This document shows positions 59,150 through 64,000 of a stretch of DNA of 64,000 nucleotides, piece after piece. The stretch lies in NCBI RefSeq assembly GCF_009914755.1, contig NC_060926.1; one strand, written 5' to 3'. The notes under the pieces were generated by a model. The model was not told where the DNA came from and did not search any database. It saw only the letters and a list, made by a program, of their open reading frames with translations. The stretch's first letter is position 1. Each line of letters opens with the position of its first letter. This DNA is from the human T2T-CHM13v2.0 reference genome, Homo sapiens. Made by a program: the position numbers and the translations under genes.

Positions 59150-60055
59150 AACATTTTTCAATATTAAACAATTTGTGTCACTTATTACATTTTATATGTA
59201 TAGATCTAGATACAACATATGTGATGCTAAAGCTGATTCTTTTTATTTATCTATGAATCTTGATATTGCTTTAAGGGATGGGAAAAATCATACGAGTGGT
59301 AATAATTTAAATGATAAAATTAAAACATTTTGTATTTTATGCCACAATGACAATCTCTTTTGTGCAGCCCTATTACAATGTTTGAATAAGTTATGTAAAT
59401 TCCTGGTACGTTTCTGCATCACAGTACTTTCCTAAAACTTATCGACAATTCCAATAGCTATAGCTTTAGCGGGTCAAAGTTTCCTCAAAATAAAACTAAT
59501 AAAAAATGATCTGAGAACCTTAATGATTTCAGAAAGTTTGCTTAATTTGTCATTACTATCAATAGAATGCAAATTATATGAAAATATTGATTCTAACAAC
59601 GTAATTAGTGTTCTTTGCTAAAATTAAGAAAAGACAAAAATTTATGGATAATATATAACTTATCAATTATGTATGTTGTTACTTACTTATTCAAACAGTG
59701 TAGCCTATCCACGGGATATTTAGGCATGCACAATGATTATTAAATTCAGATGTCTTGGATTTTTACCAACTTTCTGTCATTTAAAACAACAGCTTTACAT
59801 ATATCGCTCCATTTTTGTTCTTATGAAGGTATGCTTTTCAAGATAGAATGATGAAACATACTTATTCATTCGTTTTATTTGTACCTTTTAAATATCTCTC
59901 TACTATATCTGTATCCTATACCTCCCGATACACACACGCGTGCACACACATGCGTGCACACACACATGCACACACACACGTGCACACACATGCACACTAC
60001 CTGGGTCTCCCTTTGTACCCTTGCCCTAGACACCACAGATGCTAGGAGAAACCTG
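59150..60055 (+). mobile_element. hAT-Tip100 (Zaphod-like) transposon fossil with transposase C-terminal remnant
   Basis: 59445-59567 translates TIPIAIALAGQSFLKIKLIKNDLRTLMISESLLNLSLLSIE, resembling the hAT dimerization motif (ERSFSKLKLIKNYLRSTM..ERL..L.LLSIE). Confidence 0.75.
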
Positions 60056-60271
60056 CTGTTATTGATTTCTTCCAAAGTAAAACTTGCTCAGGTTGGTTCT
60101 AACATATGACATTCTGGTTTATAAAAAGTATTGGGGTAAGCATTTAGGCTTATTAAAATGTTACGTTAGGGGCACTGTCTCTAAAAGGGATTGCCTGACT
60201 TGGGGACAAGGAGGTTAAAGAAGGCCAGCAAGACACTTTAAAGCTACCAATGTCAAAATAAAGGGGGTTCT

Positions 60272-60589
60272 GGCCAGGCGCGGTGGCTCACACCTGTAAT
60301 CCCAGCACTTTGGGAGGCCGAGGCAGGTGAATCACCGGAGGGTAGGAGTTCAAGACCAGCCTGGCCAACATGGTGAAACCCCATCTCTACTGAAAACACA
60401 AAAATTAGCCGGGCGTGGTGGCACATGCCTGTAATCCCAGTTACTCGGGAGGCTGAGGCAGAAGAATCACTTGAACCCGAGAGGCAGAGGTTGCAGTGGG
60501 CAGAGATCGCACCATTGACTCCAGCCTGGGCAATAAGAGTGAGACTCTGTTTCAAAACAAAAATAAATAAATAAATAAATAAATAAATA
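60272..60589 (+). mobile_element. AluS
   Basis: Alu consensus, (TAAA)n tail, gggggttc on both flanks. Confidence 0.92.
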
Positions 60590-60899
60590 GGGGGGTTCAA
60601 TCAGGGAGGTGTCCTGGAGAGGAGGTCTTGTCTGGGAAGCTGTGAAAAGGGGACATGAGCTTTGTTACAGGAGCCGTTATTGAGTTCAGGAATTCTCAGG
60701 TCTGCTTCTGGAAGCTTGCTCCTCTTTTCTGAGCAGTAATGCGGAAATCATAGTTGATTCTGATGCCTGTAGTGCTTCCCACTCCAAGAATACAAAAGAG
60801 AGGACTTGGTTCCTGCCCCCAAAGGGCTCTTAGGGGCTGCCTTTGCAGAGAAGCATCACTTCATGAAACAATTTTATTTCAAAATCACTTGTTGCTAAC

Positions 60900-61766
60900 T
60901 AGTGTGGTCGTTCCTCAAAAAATTAAAAGCAGAATCACCATAGGATCCAACAATTCTACTTCCGGGCAAAAACATAAAAGAATTAAATGCAAGGTCTTGA
61001 ACACGTATCTGCAAACTCATGTTCCTAGCAGCATTATTCACAAAAGCCAAACAACGGAGGTTGCAACTGAAGTGTTCATCACTGGATGAATGGATAAACG
61101 AACTGTGGTGTATACACACAAGGGAATCATACTCCGTTTTAAAAGGAAGGAAATTCTGACACACACTACAACATGGATGACTGCTGAGGACATTATGCTA
61201 AGTGAAATAAGTCAGTCGCAAGAGGACAAACACTGCACAGTTTCTTTTACCGGAGGCACCTTGTGAGATAGTTAATTTTCTGTGTCAATTTAACCGGGCT
61301 AAAGGGTGCCCAGATAGCTGGTAAAACATTATTTTGGATGTGTCTCTGAGAGTGTTTCTGGAAGAGGTTAGCACTTGAATCTGTAGACCAATTAAAAAAG
61401 AACTGTGCTCACAGGTGTGCGCAGCCATCACCCAAACTGTTGAAGGCCCAAAGAGAACAAAAAGGAGGAAGGATGAGTCTGTTCTCTCTGCTTGAGCTGA
61501 AACATCCATCTTTTCCTGCCCTGAGATATTGGAGCTCCTGGTTTTCAGGTTTTCAGACTCAGACTAGGACTTATACAATTGATTCTCCTGGTTCTTAGGT
61601 TTTCGGACTCAGACTAGGACTTATACAATTGATTCTCCTGGTTCTGAGGCCTTTGGACTCAGGCTCTATCACACTATAGGCTTTCCTGGTTCTCCAGGTT
61701 GCAGACAGCAGACTGTGAGACTTCTTGGCCTCCATAAGCATGTGAGCCAATTCCCATAATAAATTC

Positions 61767-61807
<41 letters not shown>

Positions 61808-62106
61808 ATCTATCTATCGTCTACCCTATCCATTCTGTTTCTTTGGAGACCCTAGCTAATACCTCTAGAATAGTCGAATTCATAGAGAGAGAAAGAATGG
61901 TGGTTGTCAGTGGCTGGGAGGAGGAAGGAATAGGGAGTTGTTCGATGGGTGCAGAGTTTCAGTTTTATAAGACGAAGAGCTCTGGGACTGGATGGTGGTA
62001 ATGGTTGCTCAACAATGAGAACGTACTTAATGCTACTAAACTCTGTGCTTAAAAATGGTTAAAATGGTCCATTTTAATCTTACATGTATTCTACCACAAT
62101 TTAAAA
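60900..62106 (+). mobile_element. L1MB 3' end interrupted by MLT2 LTR (61262-61862)
   Basis: L1 text gaggcacct resumes as agaatagtcgaattcatagaga; MLT2 start tgtgagatagttaattttctgtgtcaa; internal (TCTA)n. Confidence 0.85.
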
Positions 62107-63200
62107 AACTATTTGCTACTAATTCACACGTTGCTTCCCTCTTTCATGAATCACAAGATGTTTTCTAAGAGGCCTACAGTGATTTCAGGGGCAGAGGGGT
62201 GAACAAGAAGAGCCCCCATTCTCTGCCCCAGCAGGCTGTGACCTGGTGAAGAAGACAAGCCCAAACAAGTAATAAGGGGCCCAGGTCTGAAGGTTCAGAA
62301 TGAAATGACTTTTCTCCAGCATCTAGAAGTCACCTTCAGGAAAGCCCATTTTGAGATTTTGGACTGGTATAATTTATAATCACTGGATCATGGAATATGA
62401 GGCTGCTAAGGGTCTTCAGATATTCAGATATCGCCAGGACGACAGCCACCTCCTATTGATGAGAACACTGGGATACAGGGTTTTCTGTGAGCAGCTCAAA
62501 GCCCCATGGCCAGGGAATCCTTGCACATAATCCCACCCAGCCTCTGGTTTTTATATTTGTCCACAGAGCTTTCCTTTTCACAGCCAATATTCATAAGGAA
62601 GGAGTCAGTGTCACCCATGGTCTGTCCAGTGGAGTAAGGTCCTCAGATTTCCAGGGGAGAAGTCCAACCTGCAGGGGCAAGACACACATGAAATGATAAC
62701 TCAGGCCTTGCAGAGCACGTGTTTCTTAGATACCCTTGTATCTAAGGGTATCTAAGGGTATCTAAGTACCCCAAAGCGAGTCCTCAGATGCTGAAATGCT
62801 TTGTGTTAATCTCAGGCAGCCTCATCCCTGAAGTCATGTTCTCAGCTTCCTAACAGAACAACAGCATTTCAGGGTGAAGCTGGCATTTCAGCCCAGGCCA
62901 CCAGCATAGGTTTGTGATCTTAATAAAACCAACATTGGCCTTTTATTTCCTGGAGGTGGCAGAGTTTTCACGGTGTGTAGGATAAAAACACCAATGGATC
63001 CTTTACACTCTCTTGAAATAGAAATCTGAGAAACGTATTCAGGAGGCCACCGCTGGGAACTAGCTCATGTGAAGCACATCAACTCTCCTGGCGCTTTTCA
63101 AAATCCTTACTTATTTCCCTCAAAGTTTGAAGATGTGAAAATTCAGACTAAGGATATAAGATGTATTAAATTGAAAAGTATCAAAAAGGGACTTGCTTTG

Positions 63201-63560
63201 TGTGATGGTTAATTGTATGCGTCAACTTGGCTGGGCCATGGTGCCCGGTTGTTTGGTCAAACACCAGTCTCCATGTCGCGGTGAAGGCGATTTTTAGATG
63301 TGGTTAACATTTAAATCAGCTGTCTTTGAATAAAGCCTAGAATCCTTCATAATGTGGGTGGGCCTCATCCAATCAGTTGAAGGCCATAAAAGAAAAGACA
63401 GAAGTTCCCTGAAGAGGAAGAAATTTTGCCTCCAGACAACCTTTGGATTCAAGACTGCAACATCAACTCTTACTGGAATTTCCAACCTGACAGTCTGCCC
63501 TGCAGATTTCATACTTGCCAGCTCCTATAATTGTGTGAGCTAATTCCTGCTCTCTCTCTC
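63201..63560 (+). mobile_element. MLT2-type LTR
   Basis: tgtgatggttaattgtatgcgtcaacttggctgggcca. Confidence 0.85.
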
Positions 63561-63618
63561 CCTGCCCCCTCTCTCTTTTCGTGTGTGTGTGTATGTGTGT
63601 GTGTGTGTACATTATATA

Positions 63619-64000
63619 CAGTTGACCTTTGAACAACACAGATTCAAACTGCATGGGTCCACTTATACATGGATTTTCTTCCACCTCTACCACTCCTGAG
63701 AGAAAAAGACCAACCCCTCCTCTTCCTCTTCCATCTACTCAACATGAAGATGACCAGGATGAAGAGCTTTATGATTATACACTTCCACTTAATAAATAGT
63801 AAACATATTTTCTCTTCCTTATGATTTTCTTAGTGACATTTTCTTTTCTCTAGCATACTTTATTGCAATAATACAGTATATAATGCATATAACATACAAA
63901 ATATGTGTTAATCAACTGTTGATGTTATGGGTAAGACTTCAGATGAACTGTAGGCTATTAGTAGTTAAGTTTTGGGGGAGTCAAAAATTATATGCAGATT
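63619..64000. mobile_element. Tigger2a/MER28-like element (runs off the window)
   Basis: TA then TIR cagttgacctttgaacaacac. Confidence 0.8.

Noticed and set aside
61535-61662. 50 bp-period tandem repeat, superficially array-like
   Set aside because: Inside an MLT2 LTR, a family with internal tandem units; no unique spacers, so not CRISPR-like.

Overview
Primate (human-like) genomic DNA. The first ~6.7 kb holds the 3' end of SH3BP4 on the + strand: the last two coding exons (3531-3719, 4561-4785) and a ~1.9 kb 3' UTR with two AATAAA signals. The remaining ~57 kb is repeat-rich intergenic DNA: about 20 Alus, L1 fragments, MaLR/ERV solo LTRs, Tigger/hAT fossils and microsatellites. Almost all ORFs in the supplied track are chance or repeat-derived. 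I found no evidence of a new protein-coding or multi-gene system. The most interesting signals are fossils of DNA repair and retrotransposition. (1) A ~265 bp inverted, locally templated insert sits inside a (TA)n tract of an L1, and its donor site now lacks the middle 191 bp. (2) An L1PA has an apparent ~110 bp 3' transduction, revealed by a CpG-decayed target-site duplication (TSD). (3) There is a ~109 bp near-perfect AT-rich palindrome. (4) Two Alus sit at one reused target site. (5) There is a 126 bp dispersed duplication of a hAT fossil. Repeat subfamily names come from recalled consensus sequences, not from a search.
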